DNA of 64,000 nucleotides from Oculina patagonica (Eukaryota): NCBI RefSeq assembly GCF_052425735.1, contig NC_135764.1, positions 26,412,001 to 26,476,000 of the forward strand, read 5' to 3'. Shown piece by piece: positions 52,088 to 64,000 of this stretch (position 1 is its first letter; each line of letters starts with the position of its first letter). The notes under the pieces were generated by a model. It saw only the letters and a program-made list of their open reading frames with translations, ran no database searches and was not told where the DNA came from. The position numbers and the translations under genes were made by a program.

Positions 52088-53225
52088 TTAATATTAGCTC
52101 AAATAAGAAAAGAGAACAGACACGTACTTCGTTAAACGTCCTGCAAATCCACAGCCGAATTCGAAGCGAAAATACAAAAATGTCACTCAGAACGCGAAGC
52201 GAGAACAGTAAATAAATTCTGCACAATAAATATAATTACACAGTGATCAAAGAACTTTTAAGGCAATTTTTCTTGCTCTGGTGTTTTATCAAAGAATGGT
52301 GGCAGAAACCGAGTGAAACGGTTAAATTACATATTTGATGTTTATTCAGAAAGGGATCTTTAAGATGGTTTCCGCCGAACATGCGAGTAATACAGGCAAA
52401 ATAAAATTACCAAAAGGATCTTATAGCATGAAAACAGTTTGAGTACAGCTAAGAAAAACCTACCAAAACTTTAGCTCTCAAGCTGACCTCGCCAGAGAAA
52501 AATGGATTTGAAACCGAAAGCTTTTTATACACAAACCAGAAGTGGCAAAACTTTAGTGGAACTGAATCTGTATAAAAAACATGCACTTGCACTTGAGGTA
52601 ATGACAAACAAGCAAAAACCTGTAAATCGTTGCTTACAGCAAAGAGATGATATTGAAATAGGAATCAGTTAAAACTCAATCAGCTAAATATGCATGTTGC
52701 CCCGAAAGTACGGATAATGAACTCTTCCACGGGGTAGACGTTTCCTCTTCCCTGTTGTTTAAATTTTCTTTTCTTTTCTTCTCCGTATTTCTTGTCTAGC
52801 CCCCATTCATAGGTGAATTAATTTGCTTTCTTTAAGCTTTTCTTGCGGCGAGTATCAGTTTGTTTGGTTTTCTTTTCTTTTATGAGTCTTGTTATTATTG
52901 TGACCTGAGTGTCTAAAAGTGGTTGCAGAAGCAAAGGAAGCATAACTACCCGTCAGATAGCAGAAACATGCAAATTTAAAGGCATCTTGTAGGTATCTGA
53001 CAAAACATAATTGATATATACCAATTCTTATATACACGGCTACTCTTTACAATTTGTAATGTAGCATTTTGTTTTGCTTTTGTTTTTAATGATGAATGCC
53101 GCTGGTAGCTGGATTCGTAAACAGGAGAATTTAGATGCTTACAGATTTGAATCAAGGATTTAACAAGACACAAACAGTCGACTAGGATTGATTTCTTGTG
53201 TATTTTATTTCTGGGTCTTACACAA

Positions 53226-56200
53226 TTAATATGAGTTCATTGTTTCATCAATCCATTGCTTCAAGTAACGGACCCTTGCGTAGACGCCATATTTCCCTGG
53301 AGACGCACATCCGATTCCCCACGATACAACACCCTCGAGATAGAACCTTCCGTTGTCCTCACACACCATGGGACCCCCTGAATCTCCTTGGCATGAGTCC
53401 TTGCCACCTTGATCGAGTCCAGCACAGACCATGGAGTCGTGAATCGATGACCCATAGGCTTGTTTACATCTGGCGTCAGATACAACTGGGACCTCGACCT
53501 GCATGAGGACATCAGGTGAAGCACCACCTGAAGCCAGTCGTCCAAATCCTTAAAGAAAAACAAAGAAACATATAAGCAAAAGAAAATGATAATTTTTTCT
53601 ATATAAAAAAATATAAGCTAAAGATGTTACACGCAGTGCAAAAGAAATATTAGCTTAGCAGAGCAATTGTATTTCTTAGTACGAGGTTAACGCCTGCCTA
53701 CGAATCAAATCGACTTAAAAACAAACAAAGTCTTCCGGTGATTTTTGTTATTGTTTTGGTGGTATAAAGCTTGTAACCAAATAAAAACAAGTTTAGCAAT
53801 CATCTCCTATAATACTTGAGTACAGTGACAGACACAGCATAAAAACATAACTTTACCGCTGTATTAAAGCCAACGTCGTAAATGTCTTTTTAAACTTTAC
53901 GTTAACCTGCGATCAGGCTCCCTCCGCCGCGAGAAAAATAACGCCTGATCGCAGGTTAGCTTTACGTCACCTTTGCATTTTTTAAAGCTACCCCTTTAAC
54001 CAGCTTTTCACACTTAGAGATTGCTTAAAGAGACTAAACCTTTTAAGAAGTTCGCTAAGTTTACGCACGGTGGCAGAAAAATCGGTTTAACGACCTTTTA
54101 TAACATTTAAGTGAAAGCGCAAGGTTGGATAATTAACTTGAAAGAAATTTATATGCCACCATTAATTTTCCGTAAAGCTCCATTTTCATGAGGTGAGAGT
54201 TACTCCCCAAAAATGTTTTCAATGTATATTCAACAGCTTTTACCTGTAACCCAACACATCTTGTTATCTGCAACTTTTCCACTTGATCCAGGCATACAAG
54301 CCAGGTTAACAGCTTTGTTAATCTGGGCGGGCTTGCGCAGTTTCAACATGGCAATATCGTGTGCCATGCCATAAGGTCGTCTATAGCTGTGGTGAGAGAT
54401 GATCTTTTCAATCTCCATTTCCTGTTCTGTTCCCACGTTACCATTTCGCTTGTGAGCTCCAAGTCTACAAAATTAAAGGGATGGTGTTACGCAAAGTCCT
54501 CTTAGGTTTTGTTTAAATTATGATAATTATTTATTGATAACTATTTTAATTATTACTTTTAAAGCTATACATGACAGAGCGCCGAACTATATTAACGAAC
54601 TTATTTATATTAAGAGTCCCTCTATGTACGGTTATCGTTCAAATTCGAAACTGCTTCTCGCACCATCCTCCATAAAGATGAAGACGACACCGACTAGGCG
54701 ACAGAGCTTTTTCGGCTGCTGCTCCAACGCTCTGGAATCAATTGCCGAGCGAAATAAGACACGAGGAGAATTTTAAGCTTTTTAAATCAAAACTAAAGAC
54801 ATTCTTATTTAGGAAAGCGTATGAGTAAGATCAGTTTTATTATCTATTAATTATATTTTTAGGATTTTTAATCTCTTTTTAGTCATATGTACATTATTGT
54901 AAATATTTTTTTCATCTCTTATATTCTTAGTATTTTTTTAGTCATATGTACATTATTGTAAATAGCTAGTTTTTAAAACTCTTATACCGTAGAATTCCGG
55001 TTATAAGCCCTGGGCTTATACAACTTCGTAAGGGTTTTTGGGTGGGCTTATAAGTGGAGGGGCTTATATTCGGGAGGGCTTATAAGCGGAAGGAAAAAAC
55101 GTTTCGAAACGAGCCTCGGAGGTGTTGATCGAAATACGTTTTTAAGTTAAAAACGCACAAAAAAGCAACATTTAGCCCTGTTCAGTACTGTCATCCGGTA
55201 GAGGGGGGCTTATATCCGGGGGGGGGGGGCTTATAACCGGATGTATTTTTTTGTTTCCAGGTTGATGGGCCTATAACCGGGGGGACTTATAAGCGGATTG
55301 GCTTATAACCGGAATTTTACGGCATTCTTAGTATTTTTTTCTATATATCTGAAAGGCGCAATTGGTCATATTTACATGTTAATTTGAGCTAGAGAAATTT
55401 TAATATTTTTATTATTATTATTGATCGAATTGTCAGGCTGCACTTATTGATCAACAAAATAGCCCGAACGAGAAAAAAATCATTACTTCATCATCAAATA
55501 TGTCAATAAATCATAAAAAGGGTTTTATTTAGTGATTTTCTTCCAGGCATCTACTGGTGGATTTCAAACTAATATAAACTTTTAGCAACACCTTGAAAGA
55601 TTGAAAAGTTAAGACATTTTTTACAGGTAAACTAAACCATAAGATTTCGGCATATCCACAACCATGAATGTAAAAATGTGGCACAAGTTTAAAAAAAAAA
55701 TGAGCTTGTTTATTCAAGTTTTTCTCATTTTCCACATTATATCTCTTTCAGCGATCTCTCTCTTTTTGTTTTCCTATTTAGCGCTTTCTTCCTTATATTA
55801 TTAGTAAATGTTTATTGTGAAGTTCACCTTTATTTAAAAAAATCCCTTAAAGTTGGCCCATCAAAAAATACAGTACCCAATAAATATGCCTTGAAAAGCC
55901 GATAAAAATAAAATAAAATAAAACGTTTTTGAAACATATCGTTGCAGGTATCTTATGTAATTACACCGTTTTGTGAAATAGTAAACAAAATAGGTATATA
56001 CCGGTAAGAGGAAACAATATTAAGGAAAAAAACTGAATGCCCTTTCGATCAACTAAGTTCTGTGCCTTTCATCTTAATGTGAAGAGCCTTCGATGGACTG
56101 ATTAAATTTTTTCATTTAAAAGAAATACAGCTTTCTTCCCCTAGGTGTTTAGCTGAATGGAGATTTGTGCAAAGGCAAATTAAAAGACATAGAATTTTAA

Positions 56201-57425
56201 TTATGAATTTCGTTATATTTGAATGGAAACGTTTCTTCAATCTCACCTTACACGAAAGCTTGAGGGAGTTTTACCCGGGACGCAGTGAGCTGCAGTGACA
56301 ATCCATTGTGGATGAACTAAAGTTCCTCCACAGAAGGAAAAACCATCAAGCGTCCTGAGCTGGGCCTGCCACGGCCAAGCTCCTTTGGGGGCCTCGGTTC
56401 CACCAACAATACGTGTACTGGGTTTGTAGCCACATTGTCCTGATCCGCCGTTGCCACCGTTACCGCCGTTGCCACCGTTACCGCCGTTGCCACCGTTACC
56501 ACCGTTACCACCGTTACCGCCGTTACCACCGTTACCACCGTTACCACCATCGCATAGATTACAGCTCTTCTGACAGTTAGCTTTCATGAATCCTTCGTAT
56601 TGTCCTTTGCAAAATCCCTGACCAGCCCATGACGGGCAGTGTTGGTTTTTGTCCTTACAATCACATAGATTACAGCTCTTCTGACAGTTTTCTTTCATGA
56701 ATGCTTCGTATTGGCCTTTGCAAAATCCCTGACCAGCCCACGACGGGCAGTGTTGGCTTAGTTTGTCCTCACAACCTGCAAAATGTTGAAAAAAAGGGAA
56801 GTAAAAAGTAAAGTACTCAATTAATTGATCGATCAATCATTCAAGCAGATTGACTTCAAATCTACCATTGGTCCGCCTGTGTTTAATGTTTCTTCACCTC
56901 GAATCAGCAAGCTTCTCGAAGTCTTTGTTACGTACACCTTGCGGAAGGTTTTAACGTGGCCTGTGGTGTAAATGCTACAGTACATATTTAATTTTGACCA
57001 TTCGGATATTTTTGTCTCGAATTTAAGGAACCGTTTTAACTCTCATTTTTTTTTAGTTTTAGCTCAAATCATCTATAAAGTGTACACTCAGAAAAGACCG
57101 TCCCTCTCTCTCTCCCTCACTCTCTAGTTTGAGAGGATAAAAGGATTCTAGGTCTGAAGAAACACAACCTTGAAAATTTTAAATTTGCGTCATTCTGCAG
57201 AAGCCTATTCATATCATTTGTCCGCCAATCCCCGCACCATCGCGTAGAATGAACGATTTGTACGTCAAAGAAACCAAGAAACAGATTACGATGAAGAAAT
57301 CAATATTTTACCCTGCATTCTTCATCAAGTGATACTAATAAATATTTTAAGCCAGTACAATTACCATGTGCGAAACTTGCCAAGACAGCAACACCCAGAA
57401 CGCAGAAAACAACCATGGACTGCAT
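53226..57425 (-). CDS. Double-ShK trypsin-like serine protease, copy 6 (377 aa; (GGN)11 linker)
   Basis: Exons 57425-57365, 56775-56247, 54464-54244 and 53548-53226 (1134 nt); two tandem ShK domains in exon 2; intact triad. Confidence 0.95.
53903..53958. mobile_element. 56-bp mini-MITE
   Basis: 16-bp TIR TAACCTGCGATCAGGC; TSD ACTTTACGT/GCTTTACGT. Confidence 0.8.
54545..55421 (+). mobile_element. L2-like LINE 3' fragment with a nested mariner-type MITE at 54987-55322
   Basis: [17 protein letters not shown]...[17 protein letters not shown]...[10 protein letters not shown] (one frameshift) and a (TTA)n tail; MITE TIR CCGTAGAATTCCGGTTATAAGCC. Confidence 0.8.
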
Positions 57426-57472
57426 GATGAACGAGATATGTGCTGAAGTGAAAAAGGTCCTTCATTGACCCC

Positions 57473-57716
57473 CTTATATCCTGAACAACAAGGCTTCAAA
57501 TCTCTGCCTGAACAAGCACAGAGGGCAGAACCAATAAAAACAAGCTTGCATAGCTGTCAACGAAAAATTTTGAACGCAAACTTCGGAAGATAAAATTTTG
57601 TAACCTGAGTAAACACTAACGGATGCATTTCATATGATACGTTTTTTGTTTTCTTAGCGGTCTTTGTATGGCAGTGAATGAATAAAAAAAAAAACATCTG
57701 GAGGAACTGGGCAAAT
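57473..57716 (-). promoter_or_regulatory. Copy 6 proximal promoter
   Basis: TATAAG at 57478-57473; CCTGAACAAGCA at 57507; CATCTG-N7-TGGGCAAAT at 57695-57716. Confidence 0.6.
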
Positions 57717-59199
57717 CTATCAATTAGCACCGTGTATATTTGATTTGAAATGACCGCAACAATTCATTGTTCATTGTTCATTGGTCGGCGAGGTTTTAAA
57801 GGGAGTCACTGACAACAGAAAATCATGGATTGCAAAACTATTTTTATATTGAGGAGTCGAATATTCGCAATTGTATGACTTTTTAGATCAGGGACGTTTC
57901 ATTGGTTCACGTTTAATATGGAGTTTTGAATAAATTATACAAAAAAACCTTTCTAACAGTCGTTATGACTGTGTGATGCTTCACCGAATAACATGAATGC
58001 GGAACACAAACACTTGAAAAAACTGGGTAAATAACATTGACTACCGCAGTACATTTCTTATGTGCGAACCTTTCCGACAAATACATAGTGTTTTTCAGTT
58101 ATTGGACATCAAAGGCACCGAAATGGAGAAAATGACATAGTTCTTTGTTGCAAAATATCGTTTTACAGTGACAAGATTGTACCAACAGGGCTAACAGCCA
58201 CCCTACGATTAAAACCACTTTCCTTATGCCCGAAAAAAATTCGACCCCTGAGTCATGTTCTTCATATTCTTACCCACTTTAATACGATCTCTCCATTTAT
58301 TCAATGTCCCCGATAATAACCCATTTGTGCCCAGTTAGAAGCCTTTGACTTTTTAATAAAGCTATTTTTTTATACTGGTGGCCCATTGATAGTCAGATTA
58401 ACGGTGTCACACGCTGTTTGTTACCTTTGAGATTTTTCCTTTCGAATCCTTACTTAAGTTTTGTTTAATCCTTTAATTTTATTTTATTTTCTTTCCCCAA
58501 AGTTAATCCCTTGTTTGTGGTTCTTAAACGCTCTTCCAGCGCCGTATCCAGGCGAAAATTCTTACCGAGGCAAATTCGAACAAAAAGCAACACTTCTTTC
58601 ATATTTAAAACACTTTTTAATGCATAGTCTTTTACAAGAAGCTGAAACATTGAGGCAAGTAACGTGCCTTGTTTTGCCTGCTAATAGCTACGAAGTGCCA
58701 TTCTTATTGCGTCCCAGTCATTTATTTACTTTAGCAGGACATGTGCTACACATAAGAGCCATAAGAACCCAGTTTGCGACCTTGCTAACCACACTTATTT
58801 TTATGGGTGCACGCACACAAAAAGGCTCCCCTCCTTAGCGCAAGGTCTGGATCCGTCACTGCCACAAGTATCCCATAGTTTAGTGGTCGAAACGTCTAAC
58901 AGGTATTTAGTGTGGCGGCGACTTCAGTTGAAAGTTAAACTCAACCTGAGAACGCTTGTTCATTTTATTATTTTTGCGTTGCCTTCCTCCTTTCACTTCT
59001 CAAAGTATAAGGAACTGCAGTAGAGAACAACGTATATTCTAGCTTTCATATGACCTCAGTCATTCGATGGCCTTGAGAGAATCAGCCCCGGATTAATCGA
59101 TAATTCATAAAAGATTCATTTGGTGTTATAGTTCATCCAATATATTTTTTGCAACATCACGACAAAACGCTGTATGTACGATCTGTTTGTTATTGTTTT

Positions 59200-60390
59200 T
59201 AAATCGCAATCTTCCTCATTTTCACACCACAAGTGTGAGAATTAATATTTACAGAAAATTTCAAAGACCGACTTTCCATAACAACGCGTATATAAAATAC
59301 ACTGGAAATCTGTAATTTATTTGATTTTTTCTGAATTTACTAAGTAAAAAAGTAAATCTCGGCTTAAATTAAAAGAGTAGCGGCACTTCGGAGGTCTTTT
59401 ACAGAAAACCTTTTAAAACATGCCACTGCGTTAGAAATAGCGTTTTATATTTTTAATAGTTTGCAATCTGTAAGTATATATATATTTTGCAACCTTCTTC
59501 ATCGCCACACCACGAAGTGTAAGAATAAAATAAATACAGAAATTCCAAAGACAGACTTTCTTTTACAACGCGTATATAAAATACACTGGAAATCTGTAAT
59601 TTATTTGATTTTTTTCCTGAATTTACTAAGTAAAAAAAGTACATCTCGGCTTAAATTAAAAGAGTGGCACTTCGGAGGTCTTTTACAGAAAACCTTTTAA
59701 ACATTCCACTGTGTTAGAAATAGCGTTTTATATTTTTAATAGTTTGCAATCTATAAGTAGAGTTTTATTTCGCAACCTTCTTCATTTCCACATCACGAAG
59801 TGTGAGAATTAATATTTACAGAAAATTCCAAACACCGACTATCCATAACAATGCATTGATAGATACACTGGAAATTGGTAGTTTATTTGAGTTTATTTTC
59901 TAAATTCACCAAGTAAAAAAGGACATCTCGACTTAATAGAGTGGCCCTTGGGAGTTCTTTTAAAGATGAATTCCAGTCCGTACTGCGCAATCTCGTTTAT
60001 ATTTTTAATAGTGCTGCAATGTTTATGTGAGCCCACCACGAAGAAATGTTTACAAGCAAAACTAAAAATTCCGCGACAAACTTACCTTTTTCTTCATTAT
60101 TAACGCCAGATATCCTTGCAGAACAAATAATAACGAGTAGAAGAACCTTGACGCTATTTCAAACCGACGTTTCAGCTCATCGGAAAATCTGGAACGAAAC
60201 GAACTGTAATGGCGGACAAAAAAACTTCATGTATGCTGTCACCGAAGTGTAACGTTTCAACGAATTCAAAACAAAAACGAAAACAAACCCCGAGTCTGCG
60301 CAGTACGGACTGGAAATCAGCTTTAAAGAAGACTTACAGAAACATGCCACTGTGTTAGAAATAGCGTTTTGTATTTTTAAAAGTTTGCCC
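59200..60390. repeat. Diverged tandem repeat, ~285-bp unit, three-plus copies
   Basis: CACTGGAAAT..GTA.TTTATTTGA at ~59300, ~59585 and ~59866; GTTAGAAATAGCGTTTT at ~59430, ~59713 and ~60354. Confidence 0.8.
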
Positions 60391-60629
60391 AGTATTTTTA
60401 CTAACTTGTTTTAGAGCTACAATCCGACACATTTTTCTTTTGGACAAAATTGAGATACACATATAAACTTTAAATAACCAGTTCGGACAAGCTTTTTTAA
60501 ATTCTGAACCATTTGCAGTTGACTTTCTAGTTATTGCCAAAAAGTTTTTTTATGAGATTTTGAGAATATTCCAGAGCAAATACCATTCAGTCTGAAAGTG
60601 AATATTCGGCTACATCAAGGATACAGCTG

Positions 60630-61770
60630 TGTTGATAGTGAGACGCCAATTAATTACAATGAGCGACAGTGGTTTTTGGTAGGTTAGAAACCTCGAGCCT
60701 CGAGGTGTTTTTCTAAGGCTTGTAAAACTCGCAATGTTGCTTTCGGATTCGATTCGATCTCTTTCAAACTTGGAATAACACAGTATTATTCACAATGTTT
60801 TATACACAAGCCTGGCTAATAAGAAATTTATTGCCTGACTTGATAACCGTAGATACTTTTACAGTAAATAGTCCTGATGGGCCGATTTTAGTTAATTATT
60901 TAAATCATAGATGATGTAATTTGGGGATATTTACATTACACATTGTTAGCTAAAAGGTGGTCTTGCGATACAGGGGTCATGCATAAATCGTCTTTTCATT
61001 CTGGTTAATAAGCGGCCAAAATTTTAAAATTACGCTGGCCTATAGGTGCTAGATAAATTTACATCGCTCAAGGTTAATAGAACAAAATAAACTAACGGCA
61101 GTGTAAGCGATCCTCTTGTAAATTTTGCTTACGATAGAGACGTCAATATTTCGTAGTATTGCTGTACCAATTTTCAGGCCTGTGCTTGGTTAAAAAATTG
61201 AAATTGACATCGCTGAACTGTATTGGGTTGCTTAAGTACGCACCAACGTTTAAAACTTTTCCGATAACAAGGCGGTAATCTGTATTTTTTTTTTCCGCGC
61301 GAAAAGTTCTAAAAACTTTTGCTGTAAACTAATTGATCCCTACGAGTTATTCCATATAAATGGGAGCTTGTTGAATGTGAATTTGAATTACTTCAAAATA
61401 GTCAGTATGTAACTCACAGCTCGCGGTACTTCGCACTTAGATGGCGTAATCTAAATTTTCAGAACAGTTTTAGGCTAAGTCAAGTTAATTTTGGTCAAGC
61501 TTTTCTGTTTTGTCGCCGCTCAGCACTTCGGAAAACTTTACTCGAATAAACTGCATGAATTCCGTTTAATTTCTGTGAGAAACTTTACGGCTTAAAATAA
61601 CAAACTTGCGAAAATATGAAATAAACCCACAGGCACGCACGTACGTACGTACGAACGGACGGACGGACAATCAGGTTACAACCAAATTTCTGAGCTTGAT
61701 GGGTTTACCAAATTTTCTTACGTACTTATGGGGCTCCGCTCGTGCGCACGAAAGCTCCTTTCATAAAAAG
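60630..61770 (-). mobile_element. Possible second DINE/Helentron-like element
   Basis: (GTAC/GGAC)n microsatellite at 61635-61668 about 60 bp from a GC-rich hairpin (GGGGCTCCGCTCGTGCGCACGAAAGCTCC); left boundary uncertain. Confidence 0.35.
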
Positions 61771-64000
61771 ACGCTGCAGCGTAGCTGAAAGCCGCATGTT
61801 ACCAAGCAAGTTCATCCCATGCTTTTAGGAAAAATTCTCATTCGAATTCTGTATTATGTTGCGACAAAATTGTGAGCAAATACACGGGATACTCATTTTG
61901 ATTTTTGATGAAGAGAATTATTAGAGGATGCTATATCCATCATTCAAAAGAAATGTTCTTAGCGAGACATTCAGATATTTATGTAAACACCAGCAGCTGT
62001 AATATTAGCACTTGTTCATGTTTTTTGTTAGCTGCATTCAAATCTCGTATTCAATAGAAAAGTTCCCTTTTGAAGAGAAAACTTGTGACGAGCTTCAATT
62101 CGGAATCAAGCTCAGGTGTCTAATGCAAAGTTTCTTTCCAATGACATTGGCACTGTCTATTTTCAGTCGCACAGGAAAATAAATATGTAATTCAGAAAAG
62201 GACATGTAACAGGGAATACAGTGCTTCCTCGGTAACAAAATATTTGTAATTTTTTTCAAATTTTACTTTCGGTCATATCAATTGTTATCTTTTTGTTGGG
62301 AAACTCATAATTTTTTAAACAGCTGGCTGGCCTGAAGGGTCTTGCCGGTGTCGAAAAGGCTTGGGTTGTATTTGAATGGAATTCTGTGTCAAGCGAAAAG
62401 TAAAATAAAACGTATCCCTGTAATAAGCCGTCAGTTTTGAAATAATGATATACATGTAACAAACAGATCAAGTTGTAAGATTGAAAATTTGGGGGAGAAG
62501 GGGGTACTCCATCTTGTAAGCTTTAGGTCTGTGTGCGGCGCTAAAGAAGCTCGTAGTTTTCAAACCGTTTTGGTCTGAAATAGGTTATGGCTTGTGCACT
62601 CAGATCAGTAATTAGGTATTACTCTCGGGAGAACTGAACTAGTATGTTTATAATTGTTATGTCTAGAGACGTGCGTTAGAGTCAACGCGCGGAATTTGAA
62701 CCCGTTCACAAATGTGGACGGGCAAACCAAAAAATTCCCTTGATAAGGTCTGCTATGGGTATCCATTTTTGGGTTAGGTCTATTATAGCCTGGGGAAAAT
62801 ATCACGATTTGGTCTGAAATAGTTCAAGACAACGAGGTCTATTCATTTTTTAAAGGGGGTAATCATAATACTATAATCTCAATTTTTCTTAGTGTTCTTA
62901 CATGTGGGATGTGACCCCGCGGTGAGCAATACTGAAAAACTGTTGAATCTTTGTTGGGAAAACATAACAAGTTCTCCAATTAAGCCTTATCCATTAAATA
63001 CCCTGATGCGTCAGCATACACAATCTTCCTTTTGTTCAATTCTTCAAAAAACTTTTCCATAGTTAGACGTGTTTGTCAGTATATAGCAGCGTAATCCTTA
63101 AGAGCTACAGCCAGAATAACTGGTCTTATACCTCGAAGAAATCATAAAATTATGCTCCTTGGTATTTACTGGGACAAAATTAATATCAAGAGAAAAAGAA
63201 AACAATTTAGGTCCGTGTCACGGGAATCTTAATCATTAATTAATCAAACTGAAAGTAATCACGTGATAATTATGGAGTCTAAACGCTTCTTTTTTTATAT
63301 ACTAATAAATAATTTACACTAACTTCCTGATTTTATCAACTGCTATCTTAAGCACCTGGTTATAAAAATATGTCCCTTTCATCTGAGGGCGTTTGAGATG
63401 GTGTGGACGAGAAACAGTCTAAATGAACACGTTGGCTCACCGGTGCCATTTCGTCGGCTGCTGAGAGAGGGTTGCTCATGCTGTGTGGTATAACAGTTGC
63501 TTATCTGTCACCTCGCTGTTGTTCATTCATCCTTGGCGCTGAGCGAACAGTATGATTTCACTGTTGTTGAGCTATTGAGTCAAAACAGGCAATGATTGAT
63601 CAACAATCAACCTGCCCAATTAGCGGCTTGGAATACGATTTGTATGAATCAGTTTTTTTAGACCGTTTTCGCCAGGGGCTCTGAAATTCGTATTCCCCTA
63701 TACTTCATCTCAAAAGTAAATTGACACAAGCTATAGGTTTTATTTTTATAGTGACCCTTGAAATTTGATTCAGCACAAGGTAGGTGAATCAGATAGTCAT
63801 AGTTTTATACGAGGGACAAAAGAGTATTTTTTAACCGAGCCAAATGATTTAGTATTATAGTAAACGAAAACCATGCATGTAGTGAGCAGAACGTGATGTA
63901 AATGATTGGCAGGCAGATCCCTGCTGGTGTTTTGTTGTGGCTTGCCGAATTCCGTAGACTATTATGGGAAATGGCAGGTGCGCCATGGAGCATGGCAAAG

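Noticed and set aside
61800-63140. Decayed protein-coding sequence on the minus strand (...EFFLKAWDELAW; ...MEKFFEELNKRKIVYADASGYL)
   Set aside because: About 7 stops in ~143 codons is near chance for AT-rich DNA and no family was recognised; only a tBLASTx hit would revive it

Overview
AT-rich eukaryotic DNA with spliceosomal introns. The gene content and repeat types suggest an anthozoan, probably a stony coral (inference). From left to right the window holds four things. (1) The 5' end of a minus-strand gene (ATG 2251, running off the left edge) for a secreted Cys/Trp-rich protein made of tandem, internally three-fold modules that resemble the N-terminal small lobe of biomphalysin/aerolysin-like toxins. 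(2) A full-length BEL/Pao LTR retrotransposon (4045-11757) with two apparently identical 386-bp LTRs and a CATTG target-site duplication (TSD), but a gag-pol broken by five frameshifts. (3) A head-to-tail minus-strand array of six ShK-domain/trypsin (S1A) genes at 11.9-57.4 kb. Five have intact four-exon structures and one is a pseudogene lacking exon 2. Copies differ in Gly-linker length, ShK number and ShK charge; all carry Asp189 and Tyr225, and their promoters share a footprint (E-box, 7 bp, forkhead-like site). (4) Dense LINE fragments, tRNA-derived SINE-like repeats, MITEs and Helentron/DINE-like elements in introns and spacers. The leading hypothesis is a co-oriented secreted effector locus (toxin- or lectin-like protein beside an array of tethered-ShK trypsins). 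All coordinates were read by eye and no searches were run.
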